Shown here piece by piece: positions 38,541 to 49,787 of a stretch of 64,000 nucleotides of DNA (the first letter of the stretch is position 1; the number at the start of each line of letters is the position of its first letter). The stretch covers positions 14,818,001-14,882,000 of the forward strand of contig OX597820.1 of NCBI GenBank assembly GCA_951406725.2. The letters are read 5' to 3'. Both the position numbers and the translations under genes were made by a program. The notes below the pieces were generated by a model. That model worked only from the letters and a program-made list of their open reading frames with translations, did not search any database and was not told the DNA's origin. Source of the stretch: Octopus vulgaris (Eukaryota).

Positions 38541-38776
38541 TATCTTTATATATATAAAACGCTCTTATGTAAGTGTCATCATCATCATTGTTTAACGTCT
38601 GTGTTCCATGCTGGCATGGGTTGGATGGTTTCACAGGAGCTGTCCAGGTTGAAGACTGCACCAGACTTCTGTGTCTGTTTTGACATCAGCCTCTTTTGAC
38701 AAACAGTTAAATTACAGGGTTATAAACTGACCAATCCCATTTGTCAAGCAGTGGTGAGGTGCACACACACACACAC

Positions 38777-38811
<35 letters not shown>

Positions 38812-38812
<1 letters not shown>

Positions 38813-39327
38813 TAGCAGTATCGCCCAGCGTTGCTCAGGTTTGTAAGGGAAATAACTATATAAACATTTTTAGAGAGTTACTTCCTTTATAGATGCCAAT
38901 TCGGACTTTCTTAGCCATTTCTGTTTTGGTGTCTTCAAGCCATGAAGTCATTGTTCTAAAAGAACGCTGGTCTCCTTGACAACGCTTTGCGACGTTGATT
39001 TCCTTACACTCCCTTCCCCACAGCTTCACGAGGGAGGGAAGAAGGGGGAGAAGCAAACAGGTGCAGGTGTGACCATGGACGCCAACTCCGCCGCCATTGA
39101 CACACGAAAAATTATGCATTAAAATGGAATAAAAAAATGATGTTAAATTATTTTTAAAATCGTAGACTCATCGTAGACGCGCGCTAATACTCAGACGGGC
39201 TCGATATGAATCACGACTATAAGATACCTGAATTTGGTTAAACTGCACCGCAAAATGTGAGAGTAGTTAGGAATCTAAATCGAAGGGGACAGACACTCAC
39301 ACAACTACAGTTTTATATATATATAGA
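38812..39327 (-). mobile_element. Non-autonomous Helitron
   Basis: The minus strand starts A|TCTATATAT and ends with hairpin CCTGAGCAACGCTGGG followed by CTAG|T. Inserted in (TA)n with no TSD. Confidence 0.8.
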
Positions 39328-39349
39328 TATATATATACACACACGAAGG

Positions 39350-39580
39350 GCGGCGCGCTGGCAGAAACGTTAGCGCACTGTGTGAAATGCTTACGGGTAT
39401 TTCGTCTGTCGTTACGTTCTGAGTTCAAATTCTGCCAAGGTCGACTTTGCCTTTTATCCTTTCGGGGGTCGATAAATTAAGTACCAGTTTCGCACTGGGG
39501 TCGATGTAATCGACTTAATCCTTTTGTCGGTCCTTGTTTGTCCCCTCTATGTTTAGCCCCTTGTGGGCAGTCAAGAAATA
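39350..39580 (+). mobile_element. Family C SINE, tail type 1
   Basis: Full-length and colinear with 9760 and 48034. Confidence 0.9.
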
Positions 39581-39715
39581 TATATACGCACGATGAGCTT
39601 CTTTTAGTTTTCATCTACCAAATTCACTCACAAGGCAGTGGTCATTCTAAGGTGCCATGCAGTGCGACTAAACTCAAAACCACATGGTATGCAAGGCAGT
39701 AACCATATTAGTGTC

Positions 39716-40060
39716 CATCATCATTTAATGTCCCTTTTCCACCCTGGCATGGGTTGGACGGTTTGACCAGAGCTGGTAAGGCCAGAAGCCATACTAAGTT
39801 CCGTTTGTCTGCTTTGGCATGGTTTCTACAGCTGGATGCCCTTCCTGACACCAACCATTTTACAGTGTACTGGGTGCATTGTATGTGACACCTAGCACCA
39901 GTGCTTTTCAGATGGCACCATCAGCAGTGCTTTTTACATAGCACCAGCACCAAAAGGGTTACCAAGCATCTTGCAAGACAACGAACCCCTCAACTGGGAA
40001 TAGTATTGAGTGGGTGTAGTTTTGTGCCAGTTGAGAGATTTAAGGTACAGAGGTGCTCAA
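39716..40060 (-). mobile_element. Older family A copy
   Basis: CTACAGCTGGATGCCCTTCCTGACACCAACC block and (CAT) tail. Confidence 0.75.
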
Positions 40061-41139
40061 TGTAGATTAGAACCATGCCCCAGGGAGAGAGTGTGACATA
40101 ATATTTACAATGGCATTCAAATTGAACTCGTGACCATGCTGTCCTCACCACCAACACTACATGAATACACATATTTCGCAACACATTGATTTTAAAAGCG
40201 CCAGACAACTTTGGTTTATTAAAATATTATTTTTTAATCCAAAAGAAGAATTTTTTTTTTTTTATTATTTTAGTTATAAAGAGTCTTGTGCGTTTATGTC
40301 AAAACACAATGTCAAATCTTGTAAAGCACTAATATCTGAAACCATGCTATTAGTTGCTTTCAGAATGTTTGGTATTGGTTGGAAAAAAACTTGACAATAT
40401 TATTATTGTTATTACTACTACTATTATTACAACTATTATTATTATTATTATTAGTTGCTTTTGTTTTTATTTTCATTTGAGTTTTCACCCTGCTCTTCCC
40501 TCCCGCCCCGCTCCGCTCCATCCCCTCCCCTTGCCCTCCTCTTCTGTCCCTTTGTTATCATTTGTCTGGTTCCACTCCCTGAATACTGACAGCTACTTCT
40601 AGATAAACAACAACCTCACTCCCTACCCCCCACGCCCCACCTCAAACATATTACATCATGTCATAGAATATGATACCGATTGCTACTTAGTAGGGTGGGC
40701 TTAGCTCTCGCTACTGTCGTGGGCAAACAAAAAAACGACAACAAAAAAAAAAAAAAAAACAAACAAAAAGCAGTGGTAAAACTAGCTTAGGTTAGTGGTA
40801 AGGGTAGGGGTGGGGTGGGGGGTGCCGTGAAATGTGGGAATATAATTCTATTATAATCAGCAGATAATCAGTTGTGTACCCTGGTACACCAGTAAATAAA
40901 TAAATTATTATAAAACAAAACAAGACACCCAATAACACTGTTGTGGCTATAGATCATACCCGCCTATTTGAAAACTTTCAAGTATTATTGTTTTATATTA
41001 ATTTTATTCATTTAGCTGTTGTTGTTTTTTTTTGTATTGTTGTTATTGATGTATTATCACCTATCATTATTATTATTATTATCATGATCAATGTTATTAT
41101 TGTTATTATTATTATTTGTGAATTATTAAGAACAACATC

Positions 41140-41993
41140 AAGCTCTCAGAATTGCTAGCGCACCAGACGAAAATACTTAATAGAATTTTGTCTGTCTTTG
41201 CATTCTAAGTTCAAATTCTGCTTAGGTTGACATTGCCTTTTTCAGAGTCAATGGAAATAAGTACCAGTTATGCACTGGGGTCAATATAAATTGACTTACC
41301 CCCCCCCCCCCCTCCGTCAGAATTCTTGGCCTTCTGTCAAAATCGGCATCCAATATTATTATTATAAAAGTGGCGAAAGGCAGAGATCTGGCAGAATCGT
41401 TAGCATGCCGGGCGAAATGCTTAACGGTATTTCGTCTGCAGCTACGTTCTGAGTTCAAATTTCACCAAGGTTGACTTTGCCTTTCATCCTTGTTCTCTGA
41501 ATTGCTCATCTTGCCCTTAAATTAGAAATTATTATATGTTCCTGTAACAAAAAAAAAATAAGGAGAAAACATTATTATTATCTGACTTCAAATTTTGCCA
41601 AGGTACACTTTACCTTTCATCCTTCTGGGGTCAATAAAATAAGTACCAGCTGAGCTCTGGGGTTCAATGTAATTGACTAACCCCTGCCCTAAATTTCAGG
41701 TCTTGTGCCCTTATCAGAAAGAATTATTATTCTTAATAGGGCTTTGAGCTACCAGAATCCTTAGCATGTTGGAAAAATTACTTAGTGGCATTTCTCCTGA
41801 TTCTTTCTGCATTCAAATCCCACCTGGAATTTGTGGGGAGGGGGCTTGTTGATTAGATCAACCCTGAAAGGATGAAAGGCAAAGTCAACCTCGGTGGAAT
41901 TTGAACTCAGAACACCGGAGAAGTACTCAGTTCAATGTAATCTACTTCCTCCTTTCAAAATTGCTGGCCTTGTGCCAAAATTAGAAAGAATTA

Positions 41994-42033
<40 letters not shown>

Positions 42034-42488
42034 GGTGGTGAGCTGGCAGAATCGTTAGCGCACTGGATGAAATGTGTAGCGGTATTTCGCCCGTCGCTAC
42101 GTTCTGAGTTCAAATTCCGCCGAGGTCGACTTTGCCTTTCTTTCTTTTGGGGTCGATAAATTAAGTACCAGTTGAGTACTGGGGGTTGATGTAATTGACT
42201 TACCCCTCCCCCAAAATAGCTGCCCTTGTGGCAAAATTTGAAACCACTATTATTATTAGTAGTAGTAGTAGTAGTAGTACTAGGTGGCGAGTTAACAGAA
42301 TTGTTAGCATGCCAGGTAAAATACTTAGCGGCATTCCTTATGTTCTGAGTTCAAATTCTGCCAAGGTCGACTTTGCTTTTCATCCTTTCAGTGTTGATGA
42401 AATAAGTACCAGCTATACACTGAGGTCGATGTAATCAACTAGCCCCTTCCCCTGCAAAATTTCATGCGTTGTGCCCATAGTAGAAAGG

Positions 42489-42490
<2 letters not shown>
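41140..42490 (+). mobile_element. Array of about 7 family C SINE copies/fragments separated by (ATT)n
   Basis: Heads or cores at about 41140, 41385, 41585, 41745, 42033 and 42282, plus an inverted fragment near 41830-41910. Confidence 0.85.
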
Positions 42491-42535
<45 letters not shown>

Positions 42536-42605
42536 CATCATTATTATTATTATTATTATCATTATTATTATTATCATTATTATTATTATTATTATTATTA
42601 TTACT
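42491..42605. repeat. (ATT)n microsatellite
   Basis: Directly visible; source of the spurious poly-Ile ORF. Confidence 0.95.
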
Positions 42606-43759
42606 ACATATATTGTCTGTGAACTAAAATTGTTTTCTTCTGTTTTTCTGTTGCAGTGGCTACCTGGTACATTTTCCGCATCTACTGCAGGCGTGCATGA
42701 GCTGAAGCAGTAACTGCACTGTAGAGCGTGCAATGGCTGACAATACACAAACACATGCACTCACATCAACACTGAGAAAGAGAGAGATAAAAAGAGAGAG
42801 GGACATGCACACGCATATAGATATATATATACACATTTGTGTGTGTATGTGTGTGTGTGCATATATATATATATAGATATGCAAACATACACGTGCTTAC
42901 ACATTCACACACACATATTTGCACAGATATGTATTTACACATACATATATATTTTTATATATTCATGTACACACATACATACATGCTTACATACATATGC
43001 ACATGTGTGTATAAATGAGTAATTTCACTCTGGAGTTTATTTTATATATATATATATATATATGTATGTATATGGGTTTTATGTACCCATGTGTACATAT
43101 CTGATGTGTATATATGAAAAAGTATATGTGTGTGTACATATGTATGTGTGTGTGTTTATTTTACATACATATATATATATGTACGCACATGCACACACAC
43201 ACACACACACACACACACAACTCATACATATGCATATATATGTATTGAGAAATGAGGGAGAATGTAAAAATAAAGGAAGGGAAATACAGAAAACCATAAT
43301 ATGAAGCTGAACTGATGCAAGGAAATGGAACACACTGGTAATTGTCGTCTGTTGGTGGCATCCATTGATGAACTTAGACAAGTATCTGGAAACAGTAGCG
43401 GCAGCAGCACAATTCTATGTATCCCAGTTAACCATTCTGACACGCTTACGGCACTTTACCAAACCAGTGGATACCAAGGTATGGATATGACAATATTTTT
43501 GTTTTTTATTTCGATGACCCCCACCACCAAATATTTTATGATATTTATTGTAATAGTATTCTCTTTAAGAAAAAAAAATTTAAGAAAGGTGAACACTTCA
43601 AGGGTATGTTATATATTAATGTGGGTTTTATGTAGTATCTTTTACAAGGAGTTAACGAATGAAGTGATATCAAACACCTTCGTTTTGGGATCACCAGTAC
43701 TTTATTATCTCCCCTTCTTCTTAGCTCTCCTGTCTAACTACCTTTGTCCAGCCAGTTGC

Positions 43760-43940
43760 AATGATTGACTGCTAACTTCAAAAGTTTTTTTTATTCTCCC
43801 CCTGTTTATTTCCTTGTGTTCCTTTCTGTTGAAGAGCATTAGTTCGAAATGTAAAATACTTTTTCACCTTCCCAAGCATCAAACTAATACACCTGCTTGT
43901 TATTTATACACTTGTCTTTGTTTTTGTAAATTTCAACTAT
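43760..43940 (+). mobile_element. Short Penelope-like element (same family as 22378)
   Basis: Colinear with 22378-22570 and ends AATTTCAACTA(TA)n. Confidence 0.7.
43822..43857 (+). ncRNA. Minimal hammerhead motif, CUGUUGA core variant
   Basis: CTTT-CTGTTGA-A-GAGC-ATTA-GTTC-GAA-ATGT-A-AAAT. Confidence 0.55.
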
Positions 43941-43964
43941 ATATATATATATATATGTATATAC

Positions 43965-44180
43965 ATTTCTTTATTGCCCACAGGGGGGCTAAACACAGGG
44001 GGGGAAAAACAAAGGGATTAAGTCATTTACATCGACCCCAGTGTTCAACTGGTACGTATTTACTCGACCCTGAAAGGATGTAAAGCAAAGTCAACCTCGG
44101 CGGAATTTGAACTCAGAATGTAACAGCAGATAAAATGCTGCTGAGCATTTCGTCCAGCATGCTAACGGTTCTGCCAGCTC
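43965..44180 (-). mobile_element. Family C SINE, tail type 1
   Basis: Reverse full-length copy. Confidence 0.85.
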
Positions 44181-44638
44181 CTATATACATATGTGTATAT
44201 GTATATAGATGCAGGCGTAGCTGTGTGGTAAGAAACTTGTTTTCTAATCACATGGCACTGGGTTCAGTCACACTGTGTGGCACCTTGGGCAAGTGTCTTT
44301 TACTATAGCTTCAGGCCAACCAAAGCCTTGTGAGTGGATTTGTTTTACGGAAACTGAAAGAAGCCCATCATGTGTTTGTATGTAAGTATACACATATATA
44401 ATTAAGATTCAGCTGAATTAGGCTAATTCAGTATAATCTGTACACCCCAACAATATTATTTGAATATTGAATATCAAGACTCCATGTACTGCAAATAATT
44501 CTGGAAAAATATTTTTGAAGATATCATTAACTCTATTATTATCTAGTGTAACAATTTAAAAATGATAGTAGCAGAATCAATAATATAGGCAATTGTACGC
44601 CCCCCCCCAAGCATTAATTAGCTGAAAGATTAAAATTA

Positions 44639-45179
44639 ATCAAAGGACATATTAAATATGTCTACTTGCTGGAAATAACAGTCAAAAGTAGCTTGCTTAC
44701 GAACCACATGGTTCCGGGTTCAGTCCCACTGCCTGGCATTTTGGGCAAGTGTCTAATACTATAATCTCGGGCCGATCAAAGCCCTGTGAGTGGATTTCGT
44801 AGAAGGAAACTGAAAGAAGCCCGTCGTATATATGTATGTACGTATATGTTTGTGTGTTTGTGTTTGTTCCCCCAACATTGCTTGACAACTGATGCTGGTG
44901 TGTTTACGTCCCCATAACTTAGCGGTTCGACAAAAGAGACCGATAGAATAAGTTCTAGCCTTACAAAGAATAAGTCATGGAGTCGATTTGCTCGACTAAA
45001 GGTGGTGCTCCAGAATGGCCGCAGTCAAATGACTGAAACAAATGAAAGAGTAAGAGAATACACTGATAATAACTACAGAAATCAACCGTCCGAAGGTTGT
45101 TTATCAGTGTATTTTGGCGATTTAAATGGGTTTTGACTGTTATTTCCAGCAGGTAGACATACTTAATATGTCCTTTGAT
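44639..45179. repeat. Foldback (palindromic) element interrupted by a family B SINE
   Basis: 44639-44687 is the reverse complement of 45131-45179 (47/49 identical). Inner arms AATACACTGATAA/TTATCAGTGTATT lie at 45058-45113. Confidence 0.8.
44688..45057 (+). mobile_element. Family B SINE, 5'-truncated
   Basis: Starts within the tRNA head (GTAGCTTGCTTACGAACC) and has the complete tail. Confidence 0.9.
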
Positions 45180-45204
45180 CTTTTTATTTTATGAAAGAAT
45201 CTGA

Positions 45205-45342
45205 GGTAGAGGTAGACCCAGGAAGAATTGGGATAAGGTGGTCAAGCATGACCTTCGAACTTTGGGCCTCACAGGGGCAATGATGAAAGACCGAGACCTC
45301 GGGAGGTATGCTGTGACTGCAAAGACCCAACAAATGAAGTGA
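45205..45342 (+). pseudogene. RTE-clade LINE ORF C-terminal remnant
   Basis: GRGRPRKNWDKVVKHDLRTLGLTGAMMKDRDLGRYAVTAKTQQMK* matches the RTE GRPxxxW..D....DR..WR C-terminal signature. Confidence 0.85.
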
Positions 45343-45774
45343 GTTCATGGCTTGCAGGACGGCCTTGGATCGTAGGGCGACCTGCCGTGCTTGAGGAGAC
45401 CTATTGAGTTGAGTGCATCAACATCAAAATGAAAATCAAATGGAAATTGTAGTTGTGATACCCATGCCAGTGGCACGTAAAAAGCACCATCCGAACGTGG
45501 CCGATGCCAGTGCTGCCTTGACTGGTTTCCATGCCGGTGGCACGTAAAAAGCACCAATCAATTGTGGCCATTGCCAGTCTCCTCTGGCCCCTGTGCTGGT
45601 GGCATGTAAAAAACACCGACTACACTCAGAGTGGTTGGCGTTAGGAAGGGCATCCAGCTGTAGAAACACTGCCAGATCAGATTGGAGCCTGGTGCAGCCT
45701 CCTGGCTTCCCAGACCCCAGTCGAACCGTCCAACCCATGCTAGCATGGAAAACAGACGTTAAATGATGATGATG
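45205..45774 (+). mobile_element. Longest family A copy: RTE ORF end, tandem-repeat 3' UTR and (GAT)n tail
   Basis: The ORF remnant is continuous with GTGGCACGTAAAAAGCACC units, the conserved block, and the CCATGCTAGCATGG palindrome. Confidence 0.88.
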
Positions 45775-46609
45775 TTTGCCCAGGGTCCCATGCAGTGAGA
45801 CTAATTTCAGAACCATTTGGTTTAAGAAGCGAACTTAGATATGCAGCCATGCTTTGGCAATTTCTCTCATTGTTCAGAAGCATTTCTTTGACAACATAAC
45901 TTATGTAATCATGTTCTCTCTTTCTCTCTCAGACACACACAAACACACTACTGTGTGTGTCCAAACACACCAACCTTTTGTCTGTCAATTCATTATATCT
46001 GAGATGTGTGTATATATATATATATATACATATGTGCAAACAATGTCATTATTTATACACGCCATAAAATCTAATATGCTGTTGTACATGCATTAAAATT
46101 ATATTTTACACAAACTCAATATGCACAACATGGCAACCTACATAATCCCTTTTTATGAATGGCTTATGTAAAAGGATTAAGGGATTAGGATAACAAGATT
46201 TTTTCCTCCTGTTTGATTAATTCATCAACCGACTTCATAATATTTATTTCCCTGATATTCTCTTAACTGCTGTTATTAACTTTGTTCGGATAGATTTCTT
46301 GGTTGTATGGAACTGAGTTGGATTGCCTGGAAAATTGAGGCCTGAGTAATTAACTCTGTACACTTGGAAGTTCTATGTAGTCATTTGATCTGCTAGAAAT
46401 AGCAGTCAAATCACTCTCAGTTCACACTCCAAATGCCCGTCTAGCTAATACCTGTTTCAGTTATGAAATTGTGGTCATGCTGGAGTCCTGTCTTAATCGA
46501 CTGGTGTCCTCCCCAAAACTTTTTGGGCCTTCTGCCTAGAGTAGAAAAGAATATGAATAAGATGAGTTTCTTGTACCTTGGGTCTTAATACAAACAGTAC
46601 ATTTTGTGC

Positions 46610-46950
46610 ATCATCATCATTTTGATGTCCATTTTTCCCTGTTGCATAGGTCAGACAAAATTCATTGAGGCAGATTTTCCATCTTGGTGCCAACTCTTCC
46701 CTGTTTCCAAACAAGTAATATTTCCCTGTGACCATTCATGTTTTTCACAAATAACTGGAAATAAATGATATTCATTTGTAACCATCACATGATGTCAAGA
46801 CAAAATGACATGCACACATACACACATGATGGGCTTCTTTCAGTTTCCATCTACCAAATCCACTGACAAGGCTTTAGTTAGTTCCAGGCTTTAGTAGAAG
46901 ACATTTGCCCAAGATGTCACACAGTGGAACTGAACCCAGAATCATGTGGT
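46610..46950 (-). mobile_element. Family B' SINE (B head plus RTE-type tail)
   Basis: Minus-strand B head/core (GGTTCAGTTCCACTGTGTGACATCTTGGGCAAATGTCTTCTAC) joined to the B' body and (GAT)n tail. Confidence 0.78.
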
Positions 46951-47040
46951 CCAAAAATATATACAAAAACAAAATTAAAAAAACAGGTGAAAAATCAACA
47001 AACAAGGTGTATCAGTTTAACTCCCAAGAAAAATAGAAGT

Positions 47041-47076
47041 CTTTGACTTTTCGGACCTATGCTCTTCTACAGAAAA
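47041..47076 (-). ncRNA. Degenerate minimal hammerhead motif in a Penelope-like fragment (46960-47140)
   Basis: Minus strand reads TTT-CTGTAGA-A-GAGC-ATAG-GTCC-GAA-AAGT-C-AAAG, followed by AAACTGATACACC as in the 22378 family. Confidence 0.5.
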
Positions 47077-47296
47077 GAATGAGGAGAGAAAACAAAATAG
47101 AGAGATAAAAAGTGTGTCTGAATTAACAGTTACCACACGGACTTATTTCCACCTTTCTAGAACCCATTTTGCTTCTACAACACCCAGATTACCACTGGAG
47201 CTTTATAATTCTTGGATTCTGTTTTCATGAACCTTACTGTACACTGTTGTTGATCTGTACCAGAACCATGTGGCTGGGAAGCAAGCTTCTTAACCT

Positions 47297-47639
47297 TGTT
47301 CTGAGACCCCCTTCAGTCATGACTGACCATGGGATTGCTCCTAGAAAGTTCCCCTCCCAGGCACAAGTCCAAGCAAGGTTGTTTTATGGAAGACCACCAG
47401 TCGCCTGTGCATACCGGCGTCCCCTCTCCACGCCACCAGTGTTATCCAAGGGAAAGGCAAAGGGGCTGATACAGCTTGGCACCTGTGACGTCGCAACTCA
47501 TTTCTGCAGCTGAGTGAACTGGAGCAACGTGAAATAAAGTGTCTTGCTCAAGAACACAACACGCAGCCCGGTCCGAGATTCAAACTCGCAACCTCATGAT
47601 CATAAGCTCGACGCTCTCACCTCTGAGCCATGTGCCTTC
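47297..47639 (-). mobile_element. Family E SINE
   Basis: Colinear with 7735-8070. Confidence 0.82.
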
Positions 47640-47924
47640 ACTTCACCTTGTACACTAAACATTAATAAAACAAAATGTGTTATCTCTCTGTAAACATAGT
47701 AAAAAGTCGTGGTGGAGATTGTTTAACACTGAAGTTAATGAAAGCCTGTGATTGAGAATCTATTCACGCCTAAGGTGCTTGGCAAATGCTTACTGGAAAT
47801 GGATGTGGAGCATTGTTATAAACATTCTGTTGTGTAGAGAAGCCTTGAATGCTTTAAGCAATATTTATGTTTATGTAAACAGTGGATGCTGTTACATGCA
47901 GAATTGTGATGTGTGAGTTGGTTT

Positions 47925-48530
47925 CTTTTTGTTTTTCCATCATGTGATGGTTGTGGAGAAGTGTTGTCAATCATAGCATGTCTAGCTTTGGGGATATAGT
48001 ACCTTGCTTGGAAACAGGTGAGGGTTTGTGATAGGTGGCGAGCTGGCAGAAACGTTAGCACGCCGGGCGAAATGCGTAGCCGTATTTCGTCTGCCGTTAC
48101 GTTCTGAGTTCAAATTCCGCCGAGGTCGACTTTGCCTTTCATCCTTTCGGGGTCGATAAATTAAGTACCAGTTACGCACTGGGGTCGATGTAATCGACTT
48201 AATCCGTTTTGTCTGTCCTTGTTTGTCCCCTTTGTGTTTACCCCCTTGCGGGTAGTAAAGAAATAGGTATTTCATCGTTACGTTCTGAGTTCAAATTTCG
48301 CCGGGGTCGAAAAATAAAGTACCAGCTTCACATTGGGGTCGATGTAATCCACTTAATCCGTTTTGTCTGTCCTTGTTTGTCCCCTCTATGTTTAGCCCCG
48401 TGTGGGTAGTAAAGAAATAGATAGGGATGGCATCCAGCCATAGGAAATCTGTCTCAACAAATTCCATCCAAACCATGCAAGCATAGAAAAGTGGATGTTC
48501 AAGGAGGATGATAATGATGATGATGATGAT
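47925..48530 (+). mobile_element. Family B' fragment split by a young family C SINE (48034-48420) with internal partial duplication
   Basis: B' GAAACAGGTGAGGGTTTGTGATAGG resumes as GATAGGGATGGCATCCAGCC, giving a GATAGG TSD-like repeat. The C tail occurs twice (ending near 48265 and 48418). Confidence 0.82.
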
Positions 48531-48795
48531 ATACGTAAATATGTGTGTGTTTGTGTGAGCGAATTTGTATTTCCTTTTACCTTGAGTGTGTTTACTGACT
48601 GTAAACAATAGTGTCACTGTTTATACAGGCAGCACTGTTTGCTTGTAGTCCACTGTGAAAGCATGTCCAGGTTTCTTGATGCATCTAGGACATGCTGTGC
48701 AATACAGGCTGGCCCAAAAGTAGGTTTACAGTTATCATGTAGGCACTTTAAATTTCTTTTAAAGCATTTTATTACTTTTAAATTTCTATCTTCGT

Positions 48796-49097
48796 GGAAG
48801 CACATGGCCTTGTGGTTAGCGCAGCGGACTCGCGGTCGAGGGATCACGGGTTCGAATCTCAGACCGGGTGGTGTGTGTGTTTATGAGCGAAACGCCTAAG
48901 CACCACGCGGCTCCGGCAGAAGGTAATGGCGAACTTCTGCTGACTCTTTTGCCACAACTTTCTCTCACTCTTTCCTCCTGCATCTTGCAGCTTACCTGCG
49001 ATGGACTGGTGTTCCATCCAGGTGGGGAACCTATATGCCAAGGAAACCGGGAAACCGGCCTTTATGAGCCAGGCGTGGCTCAAGAAGGAACAAAAAG
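48796..49097 (+). mobile_element. Family D SINE with V-domain-like segment
   Basis: TGGCCTTGTGGTTAG (A box), GGTTCGAATCTC (B box), and CCTGCGATGGACTGGTGTTCCATCCAGG. Confidence 0.85.
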
Positions 49098-49469
49098 CAA
49101 CATATTTCTATCTTACAATTAACTAAATTAGCATAGAATTAAGATCTAATTAAGATCTAAACTGTTAATATATGAATGCGAAAGAGATGGTTGAATAACT
49201 GTAAACCTAATTTTGGGCCACTCTGCATTTGTAAGCAAAAGGTACATTCAAACAGTGGAATTTGTTTCTTGTTCTTTGCATAAAACATTCTGGATTATTT
49301 ATTGTAAGATAGACTGAAGTATAATTTCTTGCTTGGAAACTGGTGAGAGCTGGTGTCTGGAATTTTCTCCATCCAGCCATGAAAAATTCTGCCTCAATGT
49401 AGCCTTGTCTGACACATGGAAAAGTGGACGTTAGACCAATAATGATGAGGTCTCTTGCTCACTCTTTAT

Positions 49470-49787
49470 AACTGAGTGGCTATCTGGCCTCCGAGCCGGT
49501 GGCACGTAAAAGACACCATTCGAGCGTGATTGTTACTAGCATTGCCTTACTGGCACCTGTGCCGGTGGCATGTGTAAAAGATTTGTGCAAGGTCGTTGCC
49601 AGTACTGTCTGACTGGCCCCATGCCGGTGGCACGTAAAAGCACACACTACACCCTCAGAGTGGTTGGCATTAGGAAGGGCATCTGCCAGATCAAGATTGA
49701 AGCCTGGTGCAGCCATCTGGTTCACCAGCCCTTAGTCAAATCGTCCAACCCATGCTAGCATGGAAAGCAGATGTTAAACGATGATGA
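49470..49787 (+). mobile_element. Family A (RTE 3' UTR)
   Basis: Tandem units, conserved block and tail. Confidence 0.85.

Noticed and set aside
40802-40822. G-quadruplex motif GGGTAGGGGTGGGGTGGGGGG
   Set aside because: The motif is real but common in low-complexity DNA, and nothing indicates function.
43325-43480. Possible exon ending CAAG|GTATGG (also acceptor-like sites at 42656, 53779 and 1945)
   Set aside because: No recognisable protein similarity or consistent exon chain; such splice-like motifs are expected by chance without transcript data.
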